Positions 38,482 to 50,088 of a stretch of DNA of 64,000 nt are shown here, piece by piece. The DNA lies in assembly GCF_001194135.2 (NCBI RefSeq), contig NC_068989.1, positions 70,275,769 to 70,339,768 of the forward strand, written 5' to 3'. The position numbers were made by a program, and so were the translations under genes. The notes below the pieces were generated by a model. That model was not told where the DNA came from, did no database searches, and worked only from the letters and a program-made list of their open reading frames with translations. The stretch comes from Octopus bimaculoides. Lineage: Eukaryota. The stretch's first letter is position 1; each line of letters begins with the position of its first letter.

Positions 38482-41400
38482 CACCTACGTAATCTAACAT
38501 TGGAATATTGATATTCATATTCTTCTCCTCTCTCTCTCTCTCTCCTCCTTCTTCTTCTCCTCCTCCTTTATCTATCTTTATTGATTTACTTACTTATATC
38601 TGCAACTCCAGTAATGCTTAAATTTACATTTTTATGATGTCCATAATGCTTAAACTTACAACACCGCTAACACCGACTCGTACCCCCAGCAGGGACAACA
38701 ATTTTAATACGCTTGAATGTTTGAATGATGACAGGTCAAAAGTGAGAACAGATGCAGCATGTCTATCAAACAAACAGGCACTAAATAACAACTCCCCTCC
38801 CTGTGCCTCCTCCCACATTCCTTTCCTTGTTTTTAGAGTTGGCACTGTCAATGTAGGTACACTGAAAGGTAAGTCTAGTAAGATTGTAGAGATGCTTCAA
38901 CAATAAGGTCATAGAGGTAGTCAGGGTATGCGATAGAGTGCTTACGCTCAGGCTAGTCCTGCAGAATAGTATAGCTACCAAACAATCAGAAGGACCACTT
39001 TTATGACACCCTTCTACAGGCCACCTCAAAGACGAGTGGCAACGACCTTATCTTTGCAGCTGGAGATTTTAATGGGCATGTCAGACGGCAACCCAGTATC
39101 TTCCATGGTGTTCATGGAGGCCAGGGAATTGGTTCCCGAAACAAAGTGGGAACTAGGCTACTGGAGTTCTGTGATGCATGCAACCTATTAATCTGCAACA
39201 CTAACTTCAGGAAGCCAGACAACCACCTGGTAACCTATCAATCAGGCGACTCTGCTAGCCAGATTGATTTCCTCCTTACCAGACAGCAGGATGCAAGGTT
39301 GCTCTTAAATACAAAGACCCTCCCTGGTGAAGAATGTGCCACCCCAGCATAGACTAGGTATTAGTGACTTTAGACTCGAGGCCAGAAGGATGCCAAGAAG
39401 CAGGCCAATCCAAAAAAGAAGGCTTTGGAAGCTAAAGAACCCTATATATATATAGGTAGAATGTACAATGCATGTGTGCAAACTGCCATGCTACATGGCA
39501 GTGAAACATGGGCCACGACTGCTAAAGACATGTGTAGGCTCGAAAGAAACGAAGCTAGTATGATCCGCTGGATGTGTAATGTCAGTGTGCACACACGACA
39601 GAGGGTAAGCGCCCCGAGAGAAATATTGGACATAAGAAGCATCAGATGTGGTATGCAAGAGAAACAACTGCGCTGGTATGGTCACGTGCTACATATGGAT
39701 GAGGAGTGGAAGGAACCCATGGAAGAGGGAGACCCAGGAAGACATGGGATGAGGTGGTGAAGCATGACCTTCGAACGATGGGCCTCACAGAGGCAATGAC
39801 GAAAGACCTAGACCTCTGGAGATATACTGTGATTGAGAAGACCCAGCAAGGAAAGTGAGATCACAGCTGTAGCCTACACCAGTGTCACATAACCAGCCCA
39901 CTTAAAAAGTACCTTTGATCGTCGAGCGACATGCCATACTTGAGGAGACCTATTGAGTCAAGTAAATCAAAATCAAATCAAATTACAATCAAATGGAAAT
40001 TATAGTTGTGGCCAATGCCAGTGCTGGTGGCATGCAATAAACACCGTTCATGCATGGGTCACTGCCAGAGCCGCTTGACTGACTCCCCATGCTAGTGACA
40101 CGTAGAAAGCACCATCCGAACGTGGTTCATGCCAGCTCCCCCCTACCCCAACTGTCTCCTGTGCTGGTAGCATGTAAAAAGTACCATCCAAACATGGCCA
40201 ATGATAGTGCCACCTTACTGGCTCCCATGCCGGTGGCACATAAAAAACACCCATTACACTCTTGGAGTGATTGGCATTAGGAAGGGCATCCAGCTGTAGA
40301 AACATTGTCAGATCAGATTGGAGCCTGGTGCGGCCTCCTGGCTTGCCATCCCCCAGTCAAATCGTCCACCTATGCCATCATGGAAAACAGTTGTTATNNN
40401 NNNNNNNNNNNNNNNNNNNNNNNNNNNNNNNNNNNNNNNNNNNNNNNNNNNNNNNNNNNNNNNNNNNNNNNNNNNNNNNNNNNNNNNNNNNNNNNNNNNN
40501 NNNNNNNNNNNNNNNNNNNNNNNNNNNNNNNNNNNNNNNNNNNNNNNNNNNNNNNNNNNNNNNNNNNNNNNNNNNNNNNNNNNNNNNNNNNNNNNNNNNN
40601 NNNNNNNNNNNNNNNNNNNNNNNNNNNNNNNNNNNNNNNNNNNNNNNNNNNNNNNNNNNNNNNNNNNNNNNNNNNNNNNNNNNNNNNNNNNNNNNNNNNN
40701 NNNNNNNNNNNNNNNNNNNNNNNNNNNNNNNNNNNNNNNNNNNNNNNNNNNNNNTATATATATATATATATATATATGATGGTGGTCACTCTCTCTATAT
40801 ATATATGCAGGCTGCTTTCAGTTTCTATCATCCAAATCTATTCAGAAGTCTTTCCTTGGCTTTGAGTTATAGTAGGAGACACTTGTTAAAGGTGTCAGTG
40901 TAATAGAAATCATGGGGTCTCTGTCAGTTAATGTTAACCATGCATTTGTAGACATGGGCAAGATTTTTTGAAGAAGACTGATAGTTGCCCATGTATACAA
41001 GTCTCTCCTCTCAATATCACCAATTTCTATCCCAGAGAAAGGCTGTCAACTTGGGCCAATTCAGCTTGGCACCAGTGTTACTGTTAGAAAGCAAAGCCTT
41101 GGAACAGATGCAAAAAGGTTTTGCCCAACCCAACACACTGCATTGGTCCTTTTTTTATCAACCTCAAAAAGAACAAAAGGCAAAGTTGACCTTTGTGGAA
41201 TTTTGAACTAAGACTGCAGAAACGGAACAAATATTGTGAAGAATTCTATCAAATAAGATACTGGTAAATGCTTCCAGCTCATGATCTACCGACCTACTTA
41301 TGTGTCAGCTTCAATATGTTGTATAGAACATTTATTTCAGCTAGTCTTGTGCTTACCTCATTAACACCTCTGTACAATGCTCTATCCTGAAGGGAACTTA

Positions 41401-42895
41401 ATACAGTGATATATTCAGTGGGTAACAGATGGTTCAACGATACCAGACCTTGACCAAGTTTCACATAGACGCCACCATTCTGCAAGCAACCATCTTTAAG
41501 ACATTCTGCTGCTTTTTGATGGCAATATTTCATGGCTTCTCTGTATTCATCACTGTCTGGATCTAACCCATACAATCTCCAAGTATATAGAAAAGATATT
41601 TGGGCCCCAACGTAAATAGATCTGGAATAAGAAAAAAATAGCAACAAATCAGTAACTGAATATATAAAAAAAAAACAATAAAGAATGTCTCATTTTTGTA
41701 TTTGATTTGCAAGATTCTTGATGTGAAATGGTATGTTGAAACAAATTCTATTGTACACTGGGAGGGTTATTATGCCTATTAGAAATACATGCATTGGCTC
41801 TATTTCACTTCTTTTTTTATATAAAGAGAAATGCAATTGAATCGGTGTGTGAGTGTTTCTTATTGGCATAATGACTCTTCCAAGATACAAAGTAAAGAAC
41901 TTAAACATAGATTTAAAATTTTGATTTTAGATATGAAATAACATTTTAATCCTAAGAAAGTTATAATGTCCTTTGCTAAATAGAAAAAAAAATATTCCTT
42001 AGAAAAGTTGGTATGTTTCTTGAAAAGAAAAAATTAAGATCCAAACATTTAGGTTTCAGCTAATTTACTAGAATTGAATATTCCAAGATATGTGTTGCAG
42101 ATCTTACAGCAAAAATATGACCTGGGTAGACTAATTTAAAACTTAAAACTTCACCCAACTAGGTTTGGAGTCCTCTAATTTGAGGCTGCTCAGAGTGGGT
42201 GCCAGGCCAAATCAGTGCCAACGGCAACTAACTGTATTCCTTGGACCCATTAGATCTTCTCATACCATCCAACCCATGCCAACATGAAACACAGACATTT
42301 AATAATATTGGTGGTGAGGAAAAACAAAATTGCCTTCAACAGGACTTAAACTATGAACCAATGTTTGGTATTTGGAAGGGCATCCAGCTATAGAAACCAT
42401 GCCAAAGAAGACACTGGAGCTTGATGCAATTCTTGGGTTCTCCAGCTCTTGTTGAATCATCTAATGCATGCTAGCTTGGAAAACAAACATTAAATGATGA
42501 TGATGATGAAGATGATAATCCACTGTTTCAAATATTAATTTGAAAATTTAGAAAAAAAAAGACAGTAATACATATAATGAAACATACCTAAGGAGGCGTT
42601 GAAAGGCACCTAACGACACCCTAATTTTCCGTCTGTCTGGTTCATCAAGCGACATATAATAAATTGATGAAACCACAATTCCAACTGCTGTTCCAGCAAC
42701 AGACCTCTGTCTCCAGAAACTCTTTTTCACCAGGATTCTATTTTTCTCTCTTGATCTGGAAGTGACAAAGTGACGATAACCAGTAGCAGGGGTCTTCAAA
42801 AGACAAGGAAGACTTCTGCCATTGGAAATTAAAGATTTACTTAAAGTATAGTTCTTTAAATTTTGGACTACAGAATGGAGACCTCTGCACAACAT
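21683..42895 (-). CDS. ADCK5: aarF domain-containing kinase 5-like (UbiB/ABC1 atypical kinase), 13 coding exons, about 590 aa
   Basis: Exons on -: 42895-42588, 41621-41357, 37945-37805, 33590-33477, 32051-31920, 31328-31245, 30074-29993, 28187-28017, 27051-26874, 26084-26010, 24945-24853, 23499-23386, 21698-21683. All GT-AG with consistent phases. UbiB motifs YVKLGQ (KxGQ), [35 protein letters not shown] and LDHGLY are present. Assignment to ADCK5 rather than ADCK1 is from recalled similarity (QYIDLxDRFxGD, RNLNTIRAI). Start codon and last exon are less certain. Confidence 0.9.
21790..22380 (+). mobile_element. Old RTE-like LINE relic
   Basis: SETW...[30 protein letters not shown]...HLAGHV with stops and frameshifts. 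Confidence 0.65.
23386..23499 (-). CDS. ADCK5: ADCK5 penultimate/terminal exon
   Basis: tttacag| [37 protein letters not shown] |gtgaga (if unspliced, TGA at 23384-23382). Confidence 0.85.
23845..24515 (+). mobile_element. Head-to-tail array of 3 SINE copies (same family)
   Basis: Three consecutive units joined by (TAT)n linkers. Confidence 0.82.
24853..24945 (-). CDS. ADCK5: ADCK5 exon
   Basis: ttttag| [30 protein letters not shown] |gtaatg; phases match neighbours. Confidence 0.85.
26010..26084 (-). CDS. ADCK5: ADCK5 exon
   Basis: [25 protein letters not shown]|gtgagt. Confidence 0.93.
26455..26815 (+). mobile_element. RTE LINE 3' ORF fragment
   Basis: [22 protein letters not shown]...[15 protein letters not shown]. 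Confidence 0.88.
26874..27051 (-). CDS. ADCK5: ADCK5 exon
   Basis: [59 protein letters not shown]|gtttgt. Confidence 0.92.
28017..28187 (-). CDS. ADCK5: ADCK5 exon (LDHG motif)
   Basis: [57 protein letters not shown]|gtgagt. Confidence 0.96.
28413..29305 (-). mobile_element. Internally deleted mariner (DD34D) element with imperfect TIRs
   Basis: Minus-strand relic [24 protein letters not shown] is joined to ...[15 protein letters not shown]...WILHDDNA...[25 protein letters not shown] cores TATCAAAATGTTCCCAGACTAGT / TACCAAAGTGTTTCTGGACTAGT; TA at 28411-28412. Confidence 0.88.
29387..29544. mobile_element. hAT-type MITE, 158 bp
   Basis: Perfect 13-bp TIR CACTAGCATAGCT/AGCTATGCTAGTG; 8-bp TSD ATTAGTAC/ATTGGTAC (7/8). 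Confidence 0.8.
29828..29966. repeat. Compound (GGT)n/(GAT)n/(GACA)n microsatellite in ADCK5 intron
   Basis: Direct reading; source of the poly-D/H/M ORFs. Confidence 0.95.
29993..30074 (-). CDS. ADCK5: ADCK5 exon (catalytic loop)
   Basis: [27 protein letters not shown]|gtaaga. Confidence 0.96.
31245..31328 (-). CDS. ADCK5: ADCK5 exon
   Basis: [28 protein letters not shown]|gtatgt. Confidence 0.95.
31920..32051 (-). CDS. ADCK5: ADCK5 exon
   Basis: [44 protein letters not shown]|gtttga. Confidence 0.95.
33477..33590 (-). CDS. ADCK5: ADCK5 exon
   Basis: [38 protein letters not shown]|gtatgt. Confidence 0.95.
35190..35570 (+). mobile_element. RTE-like LINE 3' end (different family)
   Basis: [36 protein letters not shown]. 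Confidence 0.8.
35928..36200 (+). mobile_element. Young RTE 3' UTR copy
   Basis: 3 differences from the 16.8-17.06 kb copy over about 255 nt; (GAT)n tail. Confidence 0.85.
37510..37786. repeat. Long inverted repeat: 129-bp arms, 19-nt loop
   Basis: Arms 37510-37638 and 37658-37786, with 3 mismatches by manual alignment. Confidence 0.95.
37805..37945 (-). CDS. ADCK5: ADCK5 exon (A-rich loop, VAVK)
   Basis: [47 protein letters not shown]|gtatat; 141 nt. Confidence 0.95.
38640..40397 (+). mobile_element. RTE-clade LINE, internally deleted (APE endonuclease, C-terminus and 3' UTR; RT missing)
   Basis: [19 protein letters not shown] and [20 protein letters not shown]...TYQSG...QIDFLL, then (TA)n, then [16 protein letters not shown]...LRWYGHV, then a repeat-array 3' UTR cut by the gap. 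Confidence 0.88.
41357..41621 (-). CDS. ADCK5: ADCK5 exon with KxGQ motif
   Basis: [12 protein letters not shown]...[44 protein letters not shown]|gtaagc. Confidence 0.95.
42588..42895 (-). CDS. ADCK5: ADCK5 first coding exon (basic, transit-peptide-like N-terminus)
   Basis: [10 protein letters not shown]...[39 protein letters not shown]|gtatgt; exon acceptor upstream at 42946 (ttgtttcag). Confidence 0.8.
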
Positions 42896-43406
42896 GATGG
42901 AATGTGAGCCACAGCTAAAACAACTGAGAATATTTCTGATGCATAACTGAAACAAGAGTAAAAAATAAAATTATATTTATATATATATAAAATATACAAT
43001 TAAATTATGTTCAAACATACATGCATGCATATAATTTACTTATATATATATATATATATATTTAATTAATTCAATAATGGGATAAAAATCTTTTACAAGA
43101 ATTTTATCAGGAAGATTGTGTGTAAAAAATTTCATAAGGGAAAAAAAGCATCATTGTTTATTCCCAAGAATATTATTTATAGTTATATAAGGGCATTACT
43201 ACAGAATAATGCCCTTATATAAAAATATATATATATANNNNNNNNNNNNNNNNNNNNNNNNNNNNNNNNNNNNNNNNNNNNNNNNNNNNNNNNNNNNNNN
43301 NNNNNNNNNNNNNNNNNNNNNNNNNNNNNNNNNNNNNNNNNNTATATATGTATATATATAAATAATTTAGTTTCGTATATATACATACACACAATTTAAC
43401 CTTATA

Positions 43407-43443
<37 letters not shown>

Positions 43444-45091
43444 CTTCTGCTTGAGAAGATCTACCAGTGTAAAATCCATGTCCATGAATGCCTCCCTGCC
43501 CCACAACCCACCCATGCTCACCACCAGTTTCTCCCTCCCCTCCATTGTCCCTCACATATGCCACCTAGCTTCTCCAATTCTCAGCCTTTTCCCCCTCCTG
43601 TCACATCTTCACCATCTCTCTCTCTCCATCTGAGGTAGCCATGTCTTTCTGTCCCTCAATATTACTCCCCCCCCCAGCTGAAGGACCTTGTCCTGCTTAT
43701 TACTTGGTGACCTCACTACTGCTGGTACTGCATAGAGAGTATCCAGTCCATTCTGTAAAATTGTCTCGCCAGTCCCTGTCAACCCACTTATATAACTTAA
43801 TTCCATACATACACACGCATTCACTATATAAGCACATATATTCATTGAATATTTAGATACATAAACAGTACACGTGTGTGTGTGTGTGTGTGTGTGTGTG
43901 CTCACAAACCAAAAATCTTACTCTAACATTTTACTTATTCAGTAACCATAGAAACCTAAATGTTATTTAATTTCCATTCACTTACAATAAACAAATACAT
44001 ACATTAAAAAAAAAATATCAGGCATACATTACAAAAGTTAAAATGACTTAGTGATTCTCTTTCCATCACCAGCTAAAGATTACATAGTATTTACCCAGTA
44101 CTAGCAAACAGCAATTAAAGAGGTAGGTGTACAGCAAATTGTAGCCCTGATAGGAAAATATCTTCCATTTATAGCTGTTTGAGTGTCCAAGCTGTTTCTG
44201 ACTCGAGCAATTTAATGACTCACAAGGCTATTTAGACTGTTTTCTAAACTTAAAAATGACACAAATGTTCTACGTTACTAATTTAAAAACTGACCTTCGT
44301 TGATCAGATTACATTCAGCAGCTCATATCGTAAATGTTTAAATGAAATCATCATTAGCCAATGAAATATTTTCCTTCAATGTGCAAGACAGTTTATTGGT
44401 TACGTAAATAAGTTGAAGACTGCAACTTCAGTTTTCATTTGCCTGACACTGAATATTCTCCCACAAGTAAAATAAAAACTAAATGAAGTTGTTTAGGCCT
44501 TAGACAACCCTAATCAAGCAGATATCATCATCAGGCTTCCATTGTCTGTTCTGGCATGGTTTCTATGGCTGGGTGCCCATCCTAATGACAATACTCTACA
44601 GTGTACTGGGTACTTTTTACATGGTACCTACACCAGTGCATTATATGTGAAATCAGCACAGGTATTTTTTACATGGCAGCAGCACTGGCACTTTCTACGT
44701 GGCACCAACACAAGTGCCTTTCATGTGACACCAGGACATACACCAGGATATACATATATATATATATATACATACACATGCATATATTATGATAAGCCAT
44801 TATTATGATTGACCATTGACTGAACACTATTCAATTTTTTTTTCTCCGTGTTTTTCTCCTTGTCTCCGTATTCTTTCTGTTGACGAGCGTAGCTCGAAAC
44901 GTCAAAGACTTTCCGTATTCCCGAGCGTCATACTAATACATCCTTTTGTTATTTACACCACCTGTCCTCATCTGTTGTTGTTTTTTCGTATATTCTCCCA
45001 CATATATACATATAGACACACATGCATATATACATATAGACACATGCATATATACATACATATGTATATACACATATGCATATATACATAT

Positions 45092-45449
45092 ATGTATGAC
45101 GCATGCGTACGAACAGCCATGCTACATGGCAGTGAAACATGGGCTGTAACTGCTGAGGACATACGTAAGCTCGCAAGGAATGAAGCCAGTATGCTCCGTT
45201 GGATGTGTAATGTCAATGTGAATACCCGTCAGAGTGTAAGTATCTTGAGAGAAAAGCTGAACATTAGAAGCATCAGTTGTGGTGTGCAAGAGAGACGATT
45301 GCGCTGGTATGGACATGTGGTGAGAATGGATGAGGATAGCTGCGTGAAAAAGTGCCACACCCTAACAGTTGAGGGAACCCGTGGAAGAGGTAGGCCCAGG
45401 AAGACCTGGGCTGAGGTGGTGAGGCAAGACCTTCGTACATTGGGCCTCA
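45092..45449 (+). mobile_element. RTE LINE 3' ORF fragment (cut by gap)
   Basis: [16 protein letters not shown]...[12 protein letters not shown]...[10 protein letters not shown]. Confidence 0.9.
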
Positions 45450-46153
45450 NNNNNNNNNNNNNNNNNNNNNNNNNNNNNNNNNNNNNNNNNNNNNNNNNNN
45501 NNNNNNNNNNNNNNNNNNNNNNNNNNNNNNNNNNNNNNNNNNNNNNNNNNNNNNNNNNNNNNNNNNNNNNNNNNNNNNNNNNNNNNNNNNNNNNNNNNNN
45601 NNNNNNNNNNNNNNNNNNNNNNNNNNNNNNNNNNNNNNNNNNNNNNNNNNNNNNNNNNNNNNNNNNNNNNNNNNNNNNNNNNNNNNNNNNNNNNNNNNNN
45701 NNNNNNNNNNNNNNNNNNNNNNNNNNNNNNNNNNNNNNNNNNNNNNNNNNNNNNNNNNNNNNNNNNNNNNNNNNNNNNNNNNNNNNNNNNNNNNNNNNNN
45801 NNNNNNNNNNNNNNNNNNNNNNNNNNNNNNNNNNNNNNNNNNNNNNNNNNNNNNNNNNNNNNNNNNNNNNNNNNNNNNNNNNNNNNNNNNNNNNNNNNNN
45901 NNNNNNNNNNNNNNNNNNNNNNNNNNNNNNNNNNNNNNNNNNNNNNNNNNNNNNNNNNNNNNNNNNNNNNNNNNNNNNNNNNNNNNNNNNNNNNNNNNNN
46001 NNNNNNNNNNNNNNNNNNNNNNNNNNNNNNNNNNNNNNNNNNNNNNNNNNNNNNNNNNNNNNNNNNNNNNNNNNNNNNNNNNNNNNNNNNNNNNNNNNNN
46101 NNNNNNNNNNNNNNNNNNNNNNNNNNNNNNNNNNNNNNNNNNNNNNNNNNNNN
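45450..46153. other. Assembly gap (others: 2434-2525, 3749-3998, 17995-18230, 40398-40754, 43238-43342, 58855-59427)
   Basis: N runs. Confidence 0.99.
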
Positions 46154-46722
46154 GAAAGGTATAATGAATAAACACTCCAATCGGTCAAAGCAACTTTATA
46201 TCATTCCCAAATTATCAAAAATCAAATATAAATATATATTAAACAATAGGGAACCCAATGGTTAAACCCAACAGTATGAAATATACACTTATACACGAAT
46301 AAAAGGTGATAAAACCTAAAAGAGTAACACGAGTGAAGTCGGATGAAGAAAAATATCTGGAATAAATTAAAGCATAATAAAGGCGACTAAAAATTTAGGG
46401 CAATGGAGCTAGAATAATATAAATATATAAAAATACAAGAGTATAAATATAAAAAATAAAGTGAAAGGTAACCAGGACAGAATCCATTCAAGCCCATCTC
46501 TACGGTCGTTTCAACTATATATTTTTCTTCATTCAACTTCACTCGTATTACCCTTTTAGGTTTTATCACCTTTTATTCGTGTATAAGTGTATATTTCATA
46601 CTGTTGGGTTTTACCATTGGATGCCCTATTGTTTTAATATATATTAATATTCGATTTTTGATAATTTGGGAATGATATAAAGTTGTTTTGACCGATTGAA
46701 GTGTTTATTCATTATATCTATC
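46154..46722. repeat. Inverted repeat: about 203-bp arms, 162-bp spacer
   Basis: Arms 46154-46356 and 46519-46722, roughly 90 percent identical by eye; left arm abuts a gap. Confidence 0.9.
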
Positions 46723-47112
46723 AATTTATTTCTCCTTTCGCTTCGGTGTCACCTGAGCACTTCCAGCTGCAGTGCTATTTTTATTTTTTATTTTGTTCTT
46801 CGGTTTAACAAAACTGCTTTTCGGTTTAACGAAGTTATAAAATTATCCTCTTATATATATATATATATAGTGAATCTTGCAAGCATGAAGTGGATTCGAT
46901 CCATCTTAAACAAATTTAAATTAACAGTTCAACAGAATTTTTGTTACGGTAGAACAATGGTTTTTCTCTGACAGCAGTTTTACATTTGCCAGATTGCCTT
47001 TAGCTAGGCCGAAATAATGTCTTCACCACTTGACCCTCATAACCTCTTCTACTTCACCAAAAGCTAGAATTGAGATATCACAAGACCACCAACTAAATCT
47101 ATTGTTCTCAAT

Positions 47113-47520
47113 AGGCGCAGGAGTGGCTGTGCGGTAAGTAGCTTGCTTACCAACCACATGGTTCCGGGTTCAGTCCCACGGCGTGGCACCTTGGGCAAGT
47201 GTCTTCTATGATAGTCTCGGGTCAACCAAAGCCTTGTGAGTGGATTTGGGAGACGGAAACTGAAAGAAGCCCGTCGTATATATGTATATATATATGTATG
47301 TGTATGTATATGTTTGTGTGTCTGTGTTTGTCCCCCCCAACATCGCTTGACAACGGATGCTGTTGTGTTTACGACCCCGTAACTTATTAGTGATTTGGCA
47401 AAAGTTACCGCTAGAATAAGTACTAGGCTTCCAAAGAATAAGTCCTGGGGTCGATTTGCTCGACTAAAGGCGGTGCTCCAGCATGGCCACAGTCAAATGA
47501 CTGAAACAAGTAAAAGAGTA
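47113..47520 (+). mobile_element. SINE, same family as 20199
   Basis: Full length, CpG-intact. Confidence 0.88.
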
Positions 47521-49244
47521 TATGTCTATCCTTCTGGATAGTTATAAAAGCATAAACCCCAAGCAAAAAGATAGTTCAGTCACTTCAGTGACAACTCAGT
47601 GAAGTCTGGCTGACCAGCTAAAACCTTGGTCAGAGGGAGAAATGAAGCTTACTGTCAGTGCATGGTGAGGCGCAAGCCAAGCCCTTGTTATAATTATGTA
47701 TATAATTATTATATATATATATATATGCATGCCTTTGTGTCTGTTTGTTCCCCCACCATTGTTTGACAACCGATGTTGGTGTGTTTATGTAGTCGTAACA
47801 TAGCAGTTCGACATAAGACACCGATAAAATAAGTACTAGGCTTACAAAGAATAAGCCATAGGGTTCGATTTCTTTGACTAAAAACTTTTAAGGCGGTGCT
47901 CCAGCAAGGCTGCAGTCAACTGACAAGTAAAAGAATAAAAGCATGTAGACTAGCAAACACAGGTATTGCCCTCACAATTGTCGTATATAATATTTGCGTC
48001 ATAAACTCCTATAGACCATATTATATAGTGGTATCACATAATAGATGAACTTAGACCATCATTGTACATTTTATGAAAGAAATAAAAAAGTTAATAATCC
48101 TTTCTGCTATAAGCATAAAACCTGAAATTTTAGGCGAAGAGGTCTAGCTGACTTCAACGGCTGGTACTTACTTCATCGACCCCGAAAGGATGAAGGGTAA
48201 GGTCGACCTCGGTGACATTTGAACTCAGAACATGAAGAGCCGGAAGGAATGCTGTTATCCTTTCTACTATAAGTACAGGGGGTGAGCTAGTCGATTGCAT
48301 CGACTCCAGTGCTCAACTGATACCTATTTTATCGATCTCGAAGGGATGAAAGGCGAAGTCGACTTCGACGAAAATAATAATGATAATTCATCTCGTTAAT
48401 AAGGACCAGCTTTTTAAAATAGCTATAAAATTTATTTATCGAAGAAATTATCTATACAGGAAGATAGATATAAAAAAAAATACATACATAATGTTAATAA
48501 TTCTTCATAATACATTTTAGTATTTGAAGCGGATTATAGTGCTGAAAGGAATATGATAATGTTCCATTTGAGTGATCTTATTGAAGAGCAGTAGGAAACG
48601 ATTTATTCCAGCCGTAACAACGTTAAGAAAAAAGTAAGAATATTTACATTATATTTCATTTAAATGGATTTTCTTCGTAGATGTGACGGGGAAGATGTCA
48701 ACTATTTCTAAGTGACTTGCAAGATATTTTATACAGAGGTCACGTAAAAAGAAAAAGAAAACGTGGGTTTCGATAATCATATTGTAGTAATAGTTTGTTT
48801 TGTTTCGTTTGTTTGCTTGTTTTTAGAGGTAATAGATAAGGCTAACTAGAATGGTGAAGAAGAAATGGAAGTGTCAAAATTCTTACCTGTTTATCGTAGG
48901 ATGAATTGTTTTTCTGTTGAGATCATAAGAAGACGAAAACAAGTTGTGCAATATAAAAATAAAGGGAGCTAACTCTAAACTAACTCTAAATTACATGACA
49001 ATATCAGTGAGTGGTGGTGGTGAAAAAAGATCTACATTCAACATGGTGACAGAGACCTCAAGAGACAACAAGTTATAAGTTCGAATTCGTGTTATGACTA
49101 GGGTGCCATATTTTTGGTTTTGCACAAATTATTTTTCTAGAGAATGTCTATAAAAATATAAGAAAGTTAGAAGTTTGTTCTAAAAGTAATTTGATTATAA
49201 GATGATTGTGTGATGTTAAAGATGACAGTAAAAGGTGTTTGCTA

Positions 49245-49537
49245 TCATCATCATCATCATCATCGTTTAACGTCCGCTTTCCATGCTAGCATGGGTTGGA
49301 CGATTTGACTGAGGACTGGTGAAACCGGATGGCAACACCAGGCTCCAATCTGATTTGGCAGAGTTTCTACAGCTGGATGCCCTTCCTAACACCAACCACT
49401 CAGAGAGTGTAGTGAGTGCTTTTACGTGTCACCTGCAGGAAGGCCAGTCAGGCGGTACTGGCAACGGCCATGCTCAAAATGGTGTATTTTATGTGCCACC
49501 CGCACAAGAGCCAGTCCAGGGGCACTGGCAACGATCA
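49245..49537 (-). mobile_element. Young RTE 3' UTR copy
   Basis: (CAT)n-CGTTTAACGTCCGCTTTCC... is the reverse complement of the same family. Confidence 0.85.
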
Positions 49538-49689
49538 CATTTAAAAGTATTTTGATACTGTTTACAGATTAAAATGTTTTGGGGATTACATAGACAATAT
49601 TTTCCTTAGGATATGAGCAGTTTCCCATAGCACTATTTTTTTAATTTCTTACATTTTTGAATTTCCAGGTATCTGGGATATATAGCAAT

Positions 49690-50060
49690 CACCTCCTTTT
49701 GCTATTATTACTAGCACACCTATGACAACAGATATTAGTCTTGAGGTTCCACATTTTGCCAATTTCTATTTCAATATCTTTATACTTGCTCAGTTTTTGG
49801 TAGGCCTTGACAGGCACATTTATATTAATTGGGACAGTCATATTGATGAGGAGGCATGATTTTTGTCTGAAATCCTTCACTATAATGTGCAGTCTATTTG
49901 CATCTATCTTTCTGTCAGTTTGAACAGTAAAGCTCCACAGGAGTGAGATATGAACGTTTTCAAACACCGGAAGTGGCTTGTGTTCCCACCAGTTTTTATC
50001 ATGGGGCAGGTCGAGGTCTTTGCAAATTACCCCCTGAATATACTGTGAAGCTCTATCATG
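49690..50060 (-). mobile_element. R4/Dong-like non-LTR retrotransposon fragment (restriction-like endonuclease domain)
   Basis: KNWWEHKPLPVFENVHISLLWSFTVQTDRKIDANRLHIIVKD...KLSKYKDIEIEIGKMWNLKT. Confidence 0.85.
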
Positions 50061-50088
50061 CTTGTTATTATTATTATTTGATGCAAAC

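Noticed and set aside
44816-46188. Long ORFs (451, 319, 272 aa, and similar at 40271-40903 and 58760-59440)
   Set aside because: Length comes from N runs; the only real coding signal is the RTE fragment
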